Shown here piece by piece: positions 16,916 to 29,429 of a stretch of 64,000 nucleotides of DNA. This DNA is from Abditibacterium sp. Lineage in GTDB: Bacteria; Armatimonadota; Abditibacteriia; Abditibacteriales; Abditibacteriaceae. Where the stretch lies: the NCBI GenBank assembly GCA_965246885.1, contig OZ251992.1, positions 3,296,001 to 3,360,000 of the forward strand. Reading direction: 5' to 3'. The number at the start of each line of letters is the position of its first letter. Positions within the stretch are counted from its first letter, which is position 1. Below the pieces are notes generated by a model. It did not search any database, was not told the DNA's origin, and saw only the letters and a program-made list of their open reading frames with translations. Position numbers and translations under genes: made by a program.

Positions 16916-19900
16916 ATGTCACTCTTTTCACGCATAGACCGCGTTCGCGGCAACGGCACCAAAGAACCCAGTCGGGGCGACGAGAGCGTCTTCGCCATCC
17001 CCGACCTGCACAACGCGGCGCCCATCGCGCCGCCCCCGGTTCCCGAAGCGGACGCTTCTCCCGAAGCCGCGCCCACTGCCCCGGCATTTCTCCAAGCGTC
17101 CATCACCCCGATAACGGTGCCCGTCACCGCTCCGGCGACGCTTGCAAGCGAAGCCAAGCTGTCGCCGTTAGAGCGCTTGGCGCGGCGCGGAGCGGAACTC
17201 GACGAGCCAGCCGAGGATGCGCCCGACGCTCTCCTCCCCGCTCCGCCCGCCACCAACTTGTTGGCCGAGCGCTTAAAAGACGGCTTTCCGGCGGAAGGCG
17301 CCGTTCCCCTCCACAGCGAGCCAATTGCGGAAGCACCAGTGCGCGCGCCGCGCGAAGAAGCTCCCGCTCCCGCGCCGCCGGGGGGTGGCACGGCGTTCGA
17401 CCGCTTAATGACCGCGCGCGCCGCCACACCGCCCGCACCAGCTTCTGACGGCGCGCATGCTGCCGAAGCGTCGCGCCCAACCATGTCTTTGGCCGAGCGC
17501 CTGAGCGCCATGCGCGCCAACGCCGAGGCCCTCACGCGCGAGCCGCCCCCCGATGCGCTCGAACAAGCACCCATCGCCCCAACCCTCCCGGAGGCCATTC
17601 CCTACGACCCCGAAGCGAGTCTTGAAGACGTGCTTTCCCCGGTCGAGGACGCCGACGAGGAAGAAGCGCTCGTCGCCGCCGCGCCTCCCAAAGAAAAAGA
17701 AGAGGCCGTGCCCGTCGCAGACGAAGCGCTACCAACCCTCACCGCGCCCGCAAGCGAAGAAGCCGCGCCCCCCGTTCTCGAAAGCCAAGGAGGGAAGACA
17801 GAACAGGAGCACGCTCCCGTCTTTGCCGAAGCGCCCGCCGTTCCGGTTGTTGTCGCAGCGCCCCGAAACGCCGACCCCGCACCCATGCCATCCGAACCAA
17901 GCGCGCCACCCTCGCCTTGGGCACAGCGTTTGGCCGGACGCGACGCCTTGCGCGACGAGCCGATTGTGCCCGCCGCACCCCCGTCTCCAACCGCCAGCAC
18001 CCCCTCCGACACGTCCGAAGCCCTTGACCGCGCGCCCGCCGGACTTGCCCGCGTGGGCAACGAAACGGTCGCGGGCGAATCGGAAGCGCGCAACCGCGCC
18101 CTCTACCGCCAGAAGCACTTCATGTTCGACGCCGTCTTGGGGTCGCTCGACCAGCGCGCGCTCCAGAACCCGACGCGCGAGGGCATGAAAGCGCCCATCG
18201 AGCGCGCCGTCGAAATGGCGACGCGCGAGTTCAACCTCTCGCTCGAAGGCGCCGACCGCGCGTGGATGAACGAAGAGTTCATGCGCGAAGTCACTGACCT
18301 CGGCCCGCTTGTCGGACTGCTCGAAGACGTGACGGTCAACAAGATCCTCGTCGTCGGCTCCACAGATGTCGCCGTCGAACGCTTCGGGCGCATCGAGCGC
18401 ACGGGCATCTCGTTCCGCGACGACGACCACCTGCTTTCCGTCGTGCGCCGCATCGCGGATCTTACGGGTGGGCGCATAGACACCAAAGTGCCGCTCCTCG
18501 ACCGGCCCTTGCCCGATGGCGCCCGCATCCGCGCCAAAATTCAACCGCTTTCGCCGCAGCCCACGCTCACCGTCGAAAAATCCACCGGCAACCCCTTCAC
18601 CGCCCTGCGCCGCCAGCAAGCCGAACGCGGACGCGACAACGCGCTGCCCTACTCTTTGCTGCGCGAACGCATCCAGCAACGGCTGCTGCGCGAATTCGAG
18701 GGCAACTCCGCCGCGCTTTCCAACACCGAGAAGCTGCGCGGGCAAGTCGAGGAGATGATCGGCCTCGTCATCTCCGAAGAAAAGGTCGCGGTTTCGCGCG
18801 CCGAGCGCGCGTCCTTAGTGATGGACTTGCTCAACGAAATCGTTGGTCTTGGCCCCATCGAGCCGCTTCTGAACGACCCCGACGTGGACGAAGTGATGGT
18901 CAATGGGCCGTTCCAAATCTACGTCGAGCGCAAAGGAAAGCTCGAAATCGCGCCGCAACGCTTCCGTGATAACGCGCACGTTATGCAGGTTATCGAGCGC
19001 ATCGTCGCTCCGCTTGGACGGCGCGTGGACGAAAAGTCGCCGATGGTGGACGGGCGACTGCGCGACGGCTCGCGCTTCAACGCCATCATCCCCCCGCTCG
19101 CGCTGAGCGGGCCGACGATGACGATTCGCAAATTCGCGCGCGACCCGCTCACCATGACCGACCTCATCAACTTCGGCTCTCTAACAAGGGAAGCCGCGCA
19201 GTTCTTGCAAGCCGCCGTCGAAGGGCGCATGAACATCATCGTTTCGGGCGGCACCGGGTCGGGCAAAACTACGACTTTGAACGTTTTGTCCAGCTTTATC
19301 CCGTCGAGCGAGCGCATCGTGACCATTGAGGACGCCGCCGAGTTGCAACTGCGCCAAGAGCACGTCGTCCGTTTGGAAACCCGCCCCGCCAACATCGAAG
19401 GGCAGGGCGAAGTGAGCATCCGCGAGTTAGTGCGCAACTCCCTGCGTATGCGTCCCGACCGCATCGTCATCGGCGAATGTCGCGGCGGCGAAGCGCTCGA
19501 CATGCTGCAAGCGATGAACACCGGTCACGACGGAAGCCTGACGACGGGCCACTCCAACGGCCCGCGCGACACCATCAAGCGTTTGGAAACGATGGTGATG
19601 ATGGCCGGTTTCGACTTGCCGGTGCGCGCCATTCGGGAACAGATCTCGATGGCCGTGCAGTTCATTGTCCACCAAGAGCGAATGCGCGACGGCAAGCGCC
19701 GCATCACCGCCATTACCGAGTTGGTCGGCATGGAGGGAGACGTGGTGACGATGCAGGACATCTTCCGCTTCGAGCAAGACCGCGTGGACGAGGAGGGGCG
19801 CATCATCGGCACCCTCAACGCGACGGGATTGCGTCCGCAGAACTTCGATGCCATCGTGGACAACGGCGTCAACTTGACTATGGAACTGTTCCAGCCGCGT

Positions 19901-19966
19901 TCGATGGGCGGACGCGACGGCGACCTGCGCTCGCGCCTGTCCGAGCACCGCGTCGGCACGCGCTGA
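16916..19966 (+). CDS. cpaF: CpaF/TadA family pilus assembly ATPase with long Pro/Ala-rich N-extension and duplicated N-domain
   Basis: GGTGSGKT, TIEDAAEL, LRMRPDRIVIGECRG, AMNTGHDGS. Confidence 0.9.
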   Translation: MSLFSRIDRVRGNGTKEPSRGDESVFAIPDLHNAAPIAPPPVPEADASPEAAPTAPAFLQASITPITVPVTAPATLASEAKLSPLERLARRGAELDEPAEDAPDALLPAPPATNLLAERLKDGFPAEGAVPLHSEPIAEAPVRAPREEAPAPAPPGGGTAFDRLMTARAATPPAPASDGAHAAEASRPTMSLAERLSAMRANAEALTREPPPDALEQAPIAPTLPEAIPYDPEASLEDVLSPVEDADEEEALVAAAPPKEKEEAVPVADEALPTLTAPASEEAAPPVLESQGGKTEQEHAPVFAEAPAVPVVVAAPRNADPAPMPSEPSAPPSPWAQRLAGRDALRDEPIVPAAPPSPTASTPSDTSEALDRAPAGLARVGNETVAGESEARNRALYRQKHFMFDAVLGSLDQRALQNPTREGMKAPIERAVEMATREFNLSLEGADRAWMNEEFMREVTDLGPLVGLLEDVTVNKILVVGSTDVAVERFGRIERTGISFRDDDHLLSVVRRIADLTGGRIDTKVPLLDRPLPDGARIRAKIQPLSPQPTLTVEKSTGNPFTALRRQQAERGRDNALPYSLLRERIQQRLLREFEGNSAALSNTEKLRGQVEEMIGLVISEEKVAVSRAERASLVMDLLNEIVGLGPIEPLLNDPDVDEVMVNGPFQIYVERKGKLEIAPQRFRDNAHVMQVIERIVAPLGRRVDEKSPMVDGRLRDGSRFNAIIPPLALSGPTMTIRKFARDPLTMTDLINFGSLTREAAQFLQAAVEGRMNIIVSGGTGSGKTTTLNVLSSFIPSSERIVTIEDAAELQLRQEHVVRLETRPANIEGQGEVSIRELVRNSLRMRPDRIVIGECRGGEALDMLQAMNTGHDGSLTTGHSNGPRDTIKRLETMVMMAGFDLPVRAIREQISMAVQFIVHQERMRDGKRRITAITELVGMEGDVVTMQDIFRFEQDRVDEEGRIIGTLNATGLRPQNFDAIVDNGVNLTMELFQPRSMGGRDGDLRSRLSEHRVGTR

Positions 19967-20140
19967 CCATGCGGGAGAATGGCGCGACCCGGCGAACTAG
20001 TGGCGTGGTTAATTCTTCGGGGAGCGCGGCCCGGCGAGTCGGCGGCGCGACGCGGCGGCGGAGTCGCCCGACCGCGCCAAGCCGTCCCCGCGCCCCGCGA
20101 ACAGGGGCGCGGGGGAGAGAAAATTGCAATCTGCGCCCGT

Positions 20141-20725
20141 ATGAAACCGTTCTATATGTGTGTCGCGCTGGCCTTAGCGCCCGTCGCGCTCACCGCTTCC
20201 GCTTCGGCGCAAAGCGAGCCGAACTTGATGCAAGCGCCCGTCAAGTGGCCGACGATTGAGCCAACTGTTGAGGGAGAGTTAGACCATTTCGATGGCCGCG
20301 TCGCCGCGCTTCAGTACTTGCTGCGCGCTCGCGGGGTTTACAAGGGACGTGCTGATGGCATTTACGGCCCCAAGACCGTCGCGGCAGTGAAGGCGTTCCA
20401 GCGCCATGTCGGTCTCAAACCCGACGGTATCGCCGGGCCAAGAACGTTGCCCCGCTTGGTCATCCCCGTCCGGCGCGGCTCGAAGGGCGACGCCGTGCGA
20501 GCAGCGCAAATCCTCGCGCGTGGCGCAATGAATCACAGTGGCGAGCAGGGAAACTTGGGATTGGAAACGAATGGCGTCTTTGATAAACGGACTGAGGAGG
20601 CCGTCAGATACGCGCAAGACTGCGAGAATCAATCAGAAGACTTTCTAAAGCCGGACGGCATCATGGGGCCGCGTTCGTGGTGCTTGCTGTTGGGCGGAGA
20701 AGTCGTCGGCTCCAAGTTTTCGTAG
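20141..20725 (+). CDS. secreted peptidoglycan-binding domain protein (two PGBD repeats)
   Basis: Signal peptide; VAALQYLL..DGIYGPKTVAAVKAFQ..GLKPDGIAGPRT and a second copy. Confidence 0.85.
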   Translation: MKPFYMCVALALAPVALTASASAQSEPNLMQAPVKWPTIEPTVEGELDHFDGRVAALQYLLRARGVYKGRADGIYGPKTVAAVKAFQRHVGLKPDGIAGPRTLPRLVIPVRRGSKGDAVRAAQILARGAMNHSGEQGNLGLETNGVFDKRTEEAVRYAQDCENQSEDFLKPDGIMGPRSWCLLLGGEVVGSKFS

Positions 20726-20789
20726 AGTTTTTACACACGGAACACGCGGGGCGCCGATTCCGTCCAAACTTCGACTGTTTCGAGGTTCT

Positions 20790-23069
20790 ATGGCATCCGC
20801 TCCGATTTCACCTTCCGCGTCGCTCGTGTCGCCCGCTTCGGGGGCGCCTTTGGCGCTGCAAAACCGCTTGAACGCGCTCACGCGGCGGCGCAACGCCGTT
20901 GTGTTGGGGCGCCATGTGGTGCGGGCGCTTGTGCCGGGGGTGTGGGCATCGGCGGTTGGCATCGCGCTTTATAAAACGCACATTCTCGCCGACGCGCCGG
21001 TCTGGTTGCCAGTTGTGGCGCTGGGCGCGTGCGCGTTGTGGGGGGTGCGGGGGGGCTTAAAGGCGCGGGGCGGGACGTTTCGGGCGGCGCGCGACGCGGA
21101 TGCGACGCTTGGACTCAAGGACTCGCTCGGCTCGGCCTTGTCGTTCGTGGCGCCCGACCAGATAGGCTCCAACCGTATGGCGCCCGCGCCCAAAACCCTC
21201 GCGGAGCGCGCCAAACGGATGGTGACAGGAGGCGATTCGTTTCACATCGCGCCGCACGCGCCGGAAACAACGCTCGTGCCCGCTCTTGTGGCCGACGCCG
21301 CAACGAGGGCGGCCAACCTCGACCCGCGCCGGGTGTACTCGTGGAAGTTCGACCGCGCCGCCAAAGCCTTGACGGTGGGCGCCATCTTGATGGTGGGCGC
21401 GCTGTTCTCGCCCGACAAGCCGCTCTTCGCGTCGAAGAAGGAGTTGGCGGAGCGCGCGGCGATTATGAAAGCGGGCGAAAAGTTGGCGGTGCTTTCCAAG
21501 GAAGTCCGCAAGCGGCAAAACCCCGACGACGCGCAGGTTTCGCAACTCAACAAGCGGCTGGAAAAGCTGGGACTGAAGATGGCGCGCGGACGAATGACGA
21601 AGCGGGCGGCCCTCACGGACATCGGGGAACTCAAGCAACAATTGCAAAAGGCGCAGCAACAGCCGCCGCGCAACCAGAGCCAGTCGCCCCAAGGCGGGAT
21701 GCCGCAGATTCCCGAAGCGATCAAGCGCGCGCCGATGCAGTCGCAGTCGGGCCAGAAAGTGCAGCAGGACTTGCAAAACAACAAATATAAGGAAGCGGCG
21801 AAGGAGTTGGATAAGCTGGCCGACAAACTGGAGAAGGGTCAACTGACGCCCAAGGAAAAAGAGCAGGCGGCGAAGGATATGGAGGAAGTCGCCAAGCAAC
21901 TCCACCAACAAGGCGGTCAGGCGAACGAGAACGCGGCCAGGCAGTTGGAGCAAGCAGCGAAGGAGCTACGCCAACCGCAGGCGCAACAATCCCAACCCAA
22001 GCAGGGACAGCAAAACCAGAACGGCCAGCAAGGGCAACAACAAAGCGGTCAACAAAACCAAGGGCAGCAAAAGCAGGGGCAACAAAGCCAGCAACAATCC
22101 CAGCAGGGGCAACAAGGCCAGCAGCCCAACGGCAAGCAGGGGCAAGGGCAGCAGTCACAGTCCGGCCAACAAGGAAGACAGGGACAAGGCAAGCAAGGAC
22201 AAGGACAACAGTCGCAGTCCGGCCAAGGCCAGCAACCGGGCCAAAAGAACGGGCAACAACAAAGTGGGCAACAGGGGCAATCGCCGCAACAAGGGAAACA
22301 GGGGCAGGGCCAAAGCCAGTCGCAGCAAGGCCAATCGCCCCAAGGCGGACAACAAGGCTCGCAGGGCGGGCAACAAGGGCAGTCGCCCCAAGGCAAGCAG
22401 GGGCAACAAGGCGGACAATCGGGCGGCGGGCAAAGCGGCGAGGGTCAACAAGGGCAATCGAACGCGAGCGGCGCCTTGCGCGATATGGCAAACTCCCTGC
22501 GCCAAGGCGCAGGGGGAAGCGGCGGGGGTTCCAACCTCCGAGACATGATGAACAACCTCCGCGAAGCCGAAAACGGCACCAACGGCGGCAGCGCATCGGG
22601 CAAAGGCGGCAAACCCGGCAACGGCATGGGCGGCGCGGGAGAAGGCGGCGACTCGCGCACCCCGATGACGCCCGGCAAGAACGTGATGCCCTCCGACCCA
22701 CACGGCAACGTCGGCGGCGGCGCCGGTCTTGGCCCGCGCGACCACACAACGGGCATCAACTCCGGCGGCGGCGTGTCCAAGTCGAAAAGCACCCGCACCG
22801 GCGACCACCGCCGCTACGAGGACGAATGGAGTAGCCGCCTGCCCCGCCCGCACGCCAAGATAGACCGCGTCAAAGGCAAATGGGGTGATAGCGGCGAAGT
22901 CGAGCAACTCCCCACCAAGGGCGACGGCAAAGGCGGCCAAGCCCACACGCCCTACTACGACGTGTATCAATCCTACAAACGCGACGCCGAAGACGCCGTA
23001 GGCCGCGAAACCGTTCCGCCCGCTTATAAAGCGCCCGTCAAAGACTACTTCGAGAGCATTAAACCGTAG
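20790..23069 (+). CDS. MoxR-associated membrane protein with coiled-coil and Gln/Gly-rich region
   Basis: N-terminal TMs, coiled coil, Q/G low-complexity tract, C-terminal VPPAYKAPVKDYF typical of proteins next to MoxR. Confidence 0.8.
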   Translation: MASAPISPSASLVSPASGAPLALQNRLNALTRRRNAVVLGRHVVRALVPGVWASAVGIALYKTHILADAPVWLPVVALGACALWGVRGGLKARGGTFRAARDADATLGLKDSLGSALSFVAPDQIGSNRMAPAPKTLAERAKRMVTGGDSFHIAPHAPETTLVPALVADAATRAANLDPRRVYSWKFDRAAKALTVGAILMVGALFSPDKPLFASKKELAERAAIMKAGEKLAVLSKEVRKRQNPDDAQVSQLNKRLEKLGLKMARGRMTKRAALTDIGELKQQLQKAQQQPPRNQSQSPQGGMPQIPEAIKRAPMQSQSGQKVQQDLQNNKYKEAAKELDKLADKLEKGQLTPKEKEQAAKDMEEVAKQLHQQGGQANENAARQLEQAAKELRQPQAQQSQPKQGQQNQNGQQGQQQSGQQNQGQQKQGQQSQQQSQQGQQGQQPNGKQGQGQQSQSGQQGRQGQGKQGQGQQSQSGQGQQPGQKNGQQQSGQQGQSPQQGKQGQGQSQSQQGQSPQGGQQGSQGGQQGQSPQGKQGQQGGQSGGGQSGEGQQGQSNASGALRDMANSLRQGAGGSGGGSNLRDMMNNLREAENGTNGGSASGKGGKPGNGMGGAGEGGDSRTPMTPGKNVMPSDPHGNVGGGAGLGPRDHTTGINSGGGVSKSKSTRTGDHRRYEDEWSSRLPRPHAKIDRVKGKWGDSGEVEQLPTKGDGKGGQAHTPYYDVYQSYKRDAEDAVGRETVPPAYKAPVKDYFESIKP

Positions 23070-23075
23070 CTTGCA

Positions 23076-23127
23076 GGTTCTCGCAAAGGCGCGGAGACGC
23101 TAACCTATTTGCGCCTTTGCGAGAACC
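23076..23127. repeat. 17-bp perfect inverted repeat (REP-like)
   Basis: GGTTCTCGCAAAGGCGC (23076-23092) / GCGCCTTTGCGAGAACC (23111-23127). Confidence 0.75.
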
Positions 23128-23133
23128 ACTTCC

Positions 23134-24141
23134 ATGACCCTCGACACTTCATTCGACGCGCCCGGTGCGGTCGCGCATTTCCAAGAACGGTTGAACGCCG
23201 TCAAAACGCAGATGGGGCGCTCGCTTGTCGGGCAAGAGGCCATTGTCGAGGGGGTGCTGATGTGCCTGATGGCGGGAGGGCACGTGTTGCTCGAAGGCGT
23301 GCCGGGATTGGGCAAGACGCTCCTCGTGCGGGCGCTCGCGGGCAGTCTGGGCCTTGACTTTTCGCGCATCCAGTTCACGCCCGACCTGATGCCCGCCGAT
23401 GTGACGGGCACGACAATTATCGCCGAAAACGAGGCGGGCAAGCGCGAGTTCCAGTTTCAGCGCGGGCCGGTGTTCACCAACATCCTGCTCGCCGACGAAA
23501 TCAACCGCGCCACGCCCAAAACGCAGTCCGCGCTGCTCGAAGCGATGCAGGAGAGGAGCGTCACCGTGTCGGGCACGACATATCAACTGCAAGAGCCGTA
23601 TATGGTGCTGGCGACGCAGAACCCCGTCGAGCAAGAGGGCACATATCCCCTGCCCGAAGCGCAGTTAGACCGCTTTTTGTTTAAGATGCGCGTGTTCTTT
23701 CCGACGCTCGACGAGATGATGGAAATCCTCAACCGCACCACGACGGGCTTCTCGGACAACCCCGAACCCGTCTTGGGGGCGCAGGACATCTTATTGCTGC
23801 GCAAGTTAGTGCGCGAGGTGCCCGTCGCCCCGCACATCCAAGAGCACGCGCTGCACTTGGTGTTGGGAAGCCACCCCGACTCGGAGTTTGCGACGGAGAA
23901 CGTGCGCAAGTTCGTGCGCTACGGCGCTTCTCCGCGCGGCGCGCAAGCGCTGATTTTGGCGGGCAAAGTGCGCGCGCTCTTCGAGGGGCGCTTCCACGTT
24001 GCGGCGGAAGATATAGATTTCATCGCGCGTCCGGCGCTGCGGCACCGCATCATTCTGGGCTTCGAGGGCCAAGCCGAGGGCATCGAGACCGACGACTTGG
24101 TGGACGAACTGGTGGACAAGCACGCGCTCGTCGCGTCGTAG
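23134..24141 (+). CDS. moxR: MoxR family AAA+ ATPase
   Basis: LEGVPGLGKT, RIQFTPDLMPAD, LADEINRATPKTQSALLEAM, LPEAQLDRF. Confidence 0.95.
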   Translation: MTLDTSFDAPGAVAHFQERLNAVKTQMGRSLVGQEAIVEGVLMCLMAGGHVLLEGVPGLGKTLLVRALAGSLGLDFSRIQFTPDLMPADVTGTTIIAENEAGKREFQFQRGPVFTNILLADEINRATPKTQSALLEAMQERSVTVSGTTYQLQEPYMVLATQNPVEQEGTYPLPEAQLDRFLFKMRVFFPTLDEMMEILNRTTTGFSDNPEPVLGAQDILLLRKLVREVPVAPHIQEHALHLVLGSHPDSEFATENVRKFVRYGASPRGAQALILAGKVRALFEGRFHVAAEDIDFIARPALRHRIILGFEGQAEGIETDDLVDELVDKHALVAS

Positions 24142-24267
24142 ATTCAAGGGATTTCCCTCTTGCCGCCGTACAAAGCGACGGAAGAGGAAGCAACCGAAAA
24201 GGCACCTCAAGCGTCGTATGGCGTTGCTTTCGTGGGCGCGCTTTTTGGCTTATAGGTCACGTTTCCA

Positions 24268-24650
24268 ATGTTTCGTCCGTCTTCACCGTCGCTGCGCGTG
24301 TTAGTTGTGGATGACCATCCCGACTTGCTGTCTATGCTGGATTTAATGATGCAACGCCGCCAATACGCGGTGTGCACGGCGCGAAGCGGCGCCGAGGCTC
24401 TTGCCATTGCGCCCGATTTCTCGCCACACGTCGTGGTGTCGGACATCGGGATGCCCGATATGGACGGCTACCAAATGATGCGCTCGCTCCGCGAAAAGCG
24501 CGACCTCGCGCCCTTTAAAGCCATCGCGCTTACCGGCTACGACTACGAACTCGAAGGCGACAGCGCCCAAAACGCCGGGTTCGACGCGCAACTCACCAAA
24601 CCCATCGAGTTCAGCCAACTCTTCGAGACCATCGAGCGGTTGGCGTGCGA

Positions 24651-24654
<4 letters not shown>
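24268..24654 (+). CDS. single-domain response regulator
   Basis: [24 protein letters not shown]. Confidence 0.9.
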
Positions 24655-26744
<2,090 letters not shown>

Positions 26745-26774
26745 GGCGGGGCGTGCGCCCAAATCCGGGGCCAA

Positions 26775-27221
26775 CTAAGAAGATTGCACCCGCCGCGCTT
26801 CCAAGAAGCCCTCCAACAGCGCCGCCGCCGCGCCTGCATCCAGCGCGCCGCTTTCGCGCGCCGCTTTGACGGAACCGCCGCTTTCTCGCAGACCCGCCAG
26901 AAAGAGGGAAGTCGAGAAGCGCTCGTCCCATTCGTGCCACTCTAACTCCAAGCCCTGCGCGCGCGCTTCCAAGCGCAGTTTCTCGAAGAAGCGCCGCGCG
27001 ACTTCGGCGGTCGCGTCGCTTTGCAGGGAGCCGCCGGGAACGCCGCACACGACGCCACCGACTTCGTGCGCTTTGGCGGCGCAGAGAATGGCCGCGAAGT
27101 CGCCGCGATTGTCGTTGAGGCGCCGCTCGTGCGTCCTGAGCGGAAAGGCCAAGCGCTCGTCAGCGTCGCACAGCGCGAGGCCGATGCGTTTAGCGCCAAA
27201 GTCGAGGGCGAGGAGTTTCAT
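26775..27221 (-). CDS. ruvX: YqgF/RuvX nuclease
   Basis: LALDFGAKRIGLA, WDERFST, DAGAAAALL. Confidence 0.9.
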   Translation of the reverse strand: MKLLALDFGAKRIGLALCDADERLAFPLRTHERRLNDNRGDFAAILCAAKAHEVGGVVCGVPGGSLQSDATAEVARRFFEKLRLEARAQGLELEWHEWDERFSTSLFLAGLRESGGSVKAARESGALDAGAAAALLEGFLEARRVQSS

Positions 27222-28291
27222 TAGTTCGCGTTGTCGTTGATGGCGTCGAGCATCTGCGTGCGGCGGTCTTGCACGAGGGACGCGATGAGGTCGTCTATCT
27301 CTCCCAAGAGGATGCGGTCAAGGGAACCGGATTTCCAGTTGATGCGGTGATCGGTGAGACGGTTTTCGGGGTAATTGTAGGTGCGGATCTTGTCGCTCCG
27401 GTCGCCGCTCTTGACGAGGGCTTTGCGGGTCGCGTCGCGCTCGGACGCGAGGCGCTGGCGCTCGATCTCGTATAAGCGCGAGCGCAAAACGAGCATGGCC
27501 TTTTCCCTATTCTGACGGAGGGAGCGTTCGTCTTGGCAGATGACCACAAGGCCGGACGGAAGGTGCGTGAGGCGCACGGCGGTTTCGTTCTTCTGGACGC
27601 TTTGCCCGCCCGCGCCGTTGGCGCGCATGGTGTCTTCCTTGATGTCGTTCTGGTTCAGTTCGATGTCCACTTCCTGCGCTTCGGGCAGAACGGCAACCGT
27701 TGCGGCGCTCGTGTGGACGCGGCCTTTTTGCTCGGTTGCGGGCACGCGCTGGACGCGGTGGACGCCGCTTTCCGTTTGCATCGCTTCCCAAGCGCCTTTG
27801 CCTTCTAAGGAGAAAACGACTTCCTTGAGGCCGCCCATTTCGGCTTCGGACATGGAAATAGGTTCTAATTTCCAGCCGCGCCGCTCGGCGAAGCGGTTGT
27901 ACATGCGGTAAAGGTCGCCCGCCCACAGCGCGGCTTCTTCGCCGCCCGCGCCGCCGCGAATTTCCATGATGACGTTGCGGTCGGCGTCCTCGTCGCGCGG
28001 AAGGAGCGCTTCTTCCAGTTCGGCATTGAGAGCCGCCAAACGCGGCTCGATGTCAGCGATTTCGTCGCGCGCCAGTTCGCCCAAGTCCGGGTCGTCCAGT
28101 TGCAAGCGCGCTTCTTCGAGGGAGCGTTCAAGGGCGTCCATTTGCTCGACCAAGCGCGCGATTGGTTCCATCTTCGAGCGCTCGCGCGACAGGCGTGAGA
28201 TGGCGGCGCCGTCGGTGGAAAGCGCGGGGTCGGAGAGTTGCGCGGTCAGGTCTTGGTATTTGTCGGCGAGTTCGCGGGCTTTATGGAGCAT
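27221..28291 (-). CDS. prfA: peptide chain release factor 1
   Basis: GVHRVQRVPATE (PxT), GAGGQ, IRTYNYPENR. Confidence 0.95.
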   Translation of the reverse strand: MLHKARELADKYQDLTAQLSDPALSTDGAAISRLSRERSKMEPIARLVEQMDALERSLEEARLQLDDPDLGELARDEIADIEPRLAALNAELEEALLPRDEDADRNVIMEIRGGAGGEEAALWAGDLYRMYNRFAERRGWKLEPISMSEAEMGGLKEVVFSLEGKGAWEAMQTESGVHRVQRVPATEQKGRVHTSAATVAVLPEAQEVDIELNQNDIKEDTMRANGAGGQSVQKNETAVRLTHLPSGLVVICQDERSLRQNREKAMLVLRSRLYEIERQRLASERDATRKALVKSGDRSDKIRTYNYPENRLTDHRINWKSGSLDRILLGEIDDLIASLVQDRRTQMLDAINDNAN

Positions 28292-28303
28292 GGGTTCGGG
28301 GGG

Positions 28304-29341
28304 TCAGACGATGGCTTCTTCTTCGTTCACCATCGCATGCGCGCCGTCCGCTTGCATCGGTTCGGGCGGCGCTTCTTTGTCGAGCAGGACTTGCATGGCG
28401 CGGCATGCCACTTCTAACTGGGCGTCGTCGGGCTGCGAGGTCGTCAAGCGTTGCAGCCACATTCCCGGCGTAATTACGAGGTTGGCGAGCGCGCCCAGTC
28501 GCGGGTTCACCGTCGCTTTGAGCACTTCATATGAAATCCCCGCCACGAGCGGCAGCATCAGCAAGCGCAGCCCGACGCGCAGGAAGTGGTTCGCGGGCCA
28601 AGGCAGAAACGAGTACACGAAGATGCCCACGAACACCGTCAACAGCGCGAAGCCCGTTCCGCAACGCGGGTGCGGCGTATCGAAAGGCCGCGCCCCGGCA
28701 GGTGTCAAGGGGCGCTTGTTCTCGACGGCGTAAACGACCTTGTGCTCCGCGCCGTGATACGCGAACAAGCGCCGCACCTGCTTGCGCCGCCCGATGAGCC
28801 ACACGTACGCCACGAAAATGAGCAGCTTGACCGCGCCCTCAATAAGCGTGAGCGCCACAATCTGCAACCGCGTTGGAACACCGGTCGTGAAAAGCGGCTT
28901 AAAGACCGAGTGCGCCACCAGATTGGGCACCGCCACGAAGATGAGCGCGCCCAAGCCAAACGACAGTAGCGCCGTCAGCACAAACAGAAGCGGCAGCATC
29001 GGCGAGGTTTTCTTCGCGGTGGGCGCCGCGCTTGCTCCCGTCGGCGAAGCGATAGGCGCCGCCTCCGCTTTGTTCGCTTGCTTGGCGTCCTCGTCTTCGA
29101 GGGCCAGAGCGCTTGACCAGCGCAGGTAATCGGTGCCCAAGCGCATCATCTCCACGAGCGCGAAGATGCCGCGCAGAAGGAAGACGTTGAGAAACGGCTT
29201 CTTTTTGAGGATGGAATCGAACGGCTCGACGCGCGTCTGGATGGTGCCATCAGCCCGTCGCACCGCCGCGCCCACGTGCGAGGGGCCGCGCATCATCACC
29301 CCTTCGATGAGCGCTTGTCCACCGAGTTGAAATTGCGCCAT
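28304..29341 (-). CDS. DUF1385 domain membrane protein
   Basis: GGQALIEGVMM, YHGAEHK, HPRCGT, QRLTT..P; usual rpmE-prfA neighbour. Confidence 0.9.
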   Translation of the reverse strand: MAQFQLGGQALIEGVMMRGPSHVGAAVRRADGTIQTRVEPFDSILKKKPFLNVFLLRGIFALVEMMRLGTDYLRWSSALALEDEDAKQANKAEAAPIASPTGASAAPTAKKTSPMLPLLFVLTALLSFGLGALIFVAVPNLVAHSVFKPLFTTGVPTRLQIVALTLIEGAVKLLIFVAYVWLIGRRKQVRRLFAYHGAEHKVVYAVENKRPLTPAGARPFDTPHPRCGTGFALLTVFVGIFVYSFLPWPANHFLRVGLRLLMLPLVAGISYEVLKATVNPRLGALANLVITPGMWLQRLTTSQPDDAQLEVACRAMQVLLDKEAPPEPMQADGAHAMVNEEEAIV

Positions 29342-29429
29342 AATGCGAAAATGCGGAGCGGGAAGCGCGAAGTGCGGAATTAACTCTGACGATTCCGCAC
29401 TTCGCGCTTCCCGCTCCGCACTGTAAAAG

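Noticed and set aside
20726..20789. ACACGGAACAC fragment resembling the 41.2-kb REP family
   Set aside because: No convincing partner arm; at most a decayed remnant.
22049..22396. Cys/Pro-rich 115-aa ORF resembling a metallothionein or RiPP
   Set aside because: It is the reverse complement of the CAA/CAG-rich Gln tract.
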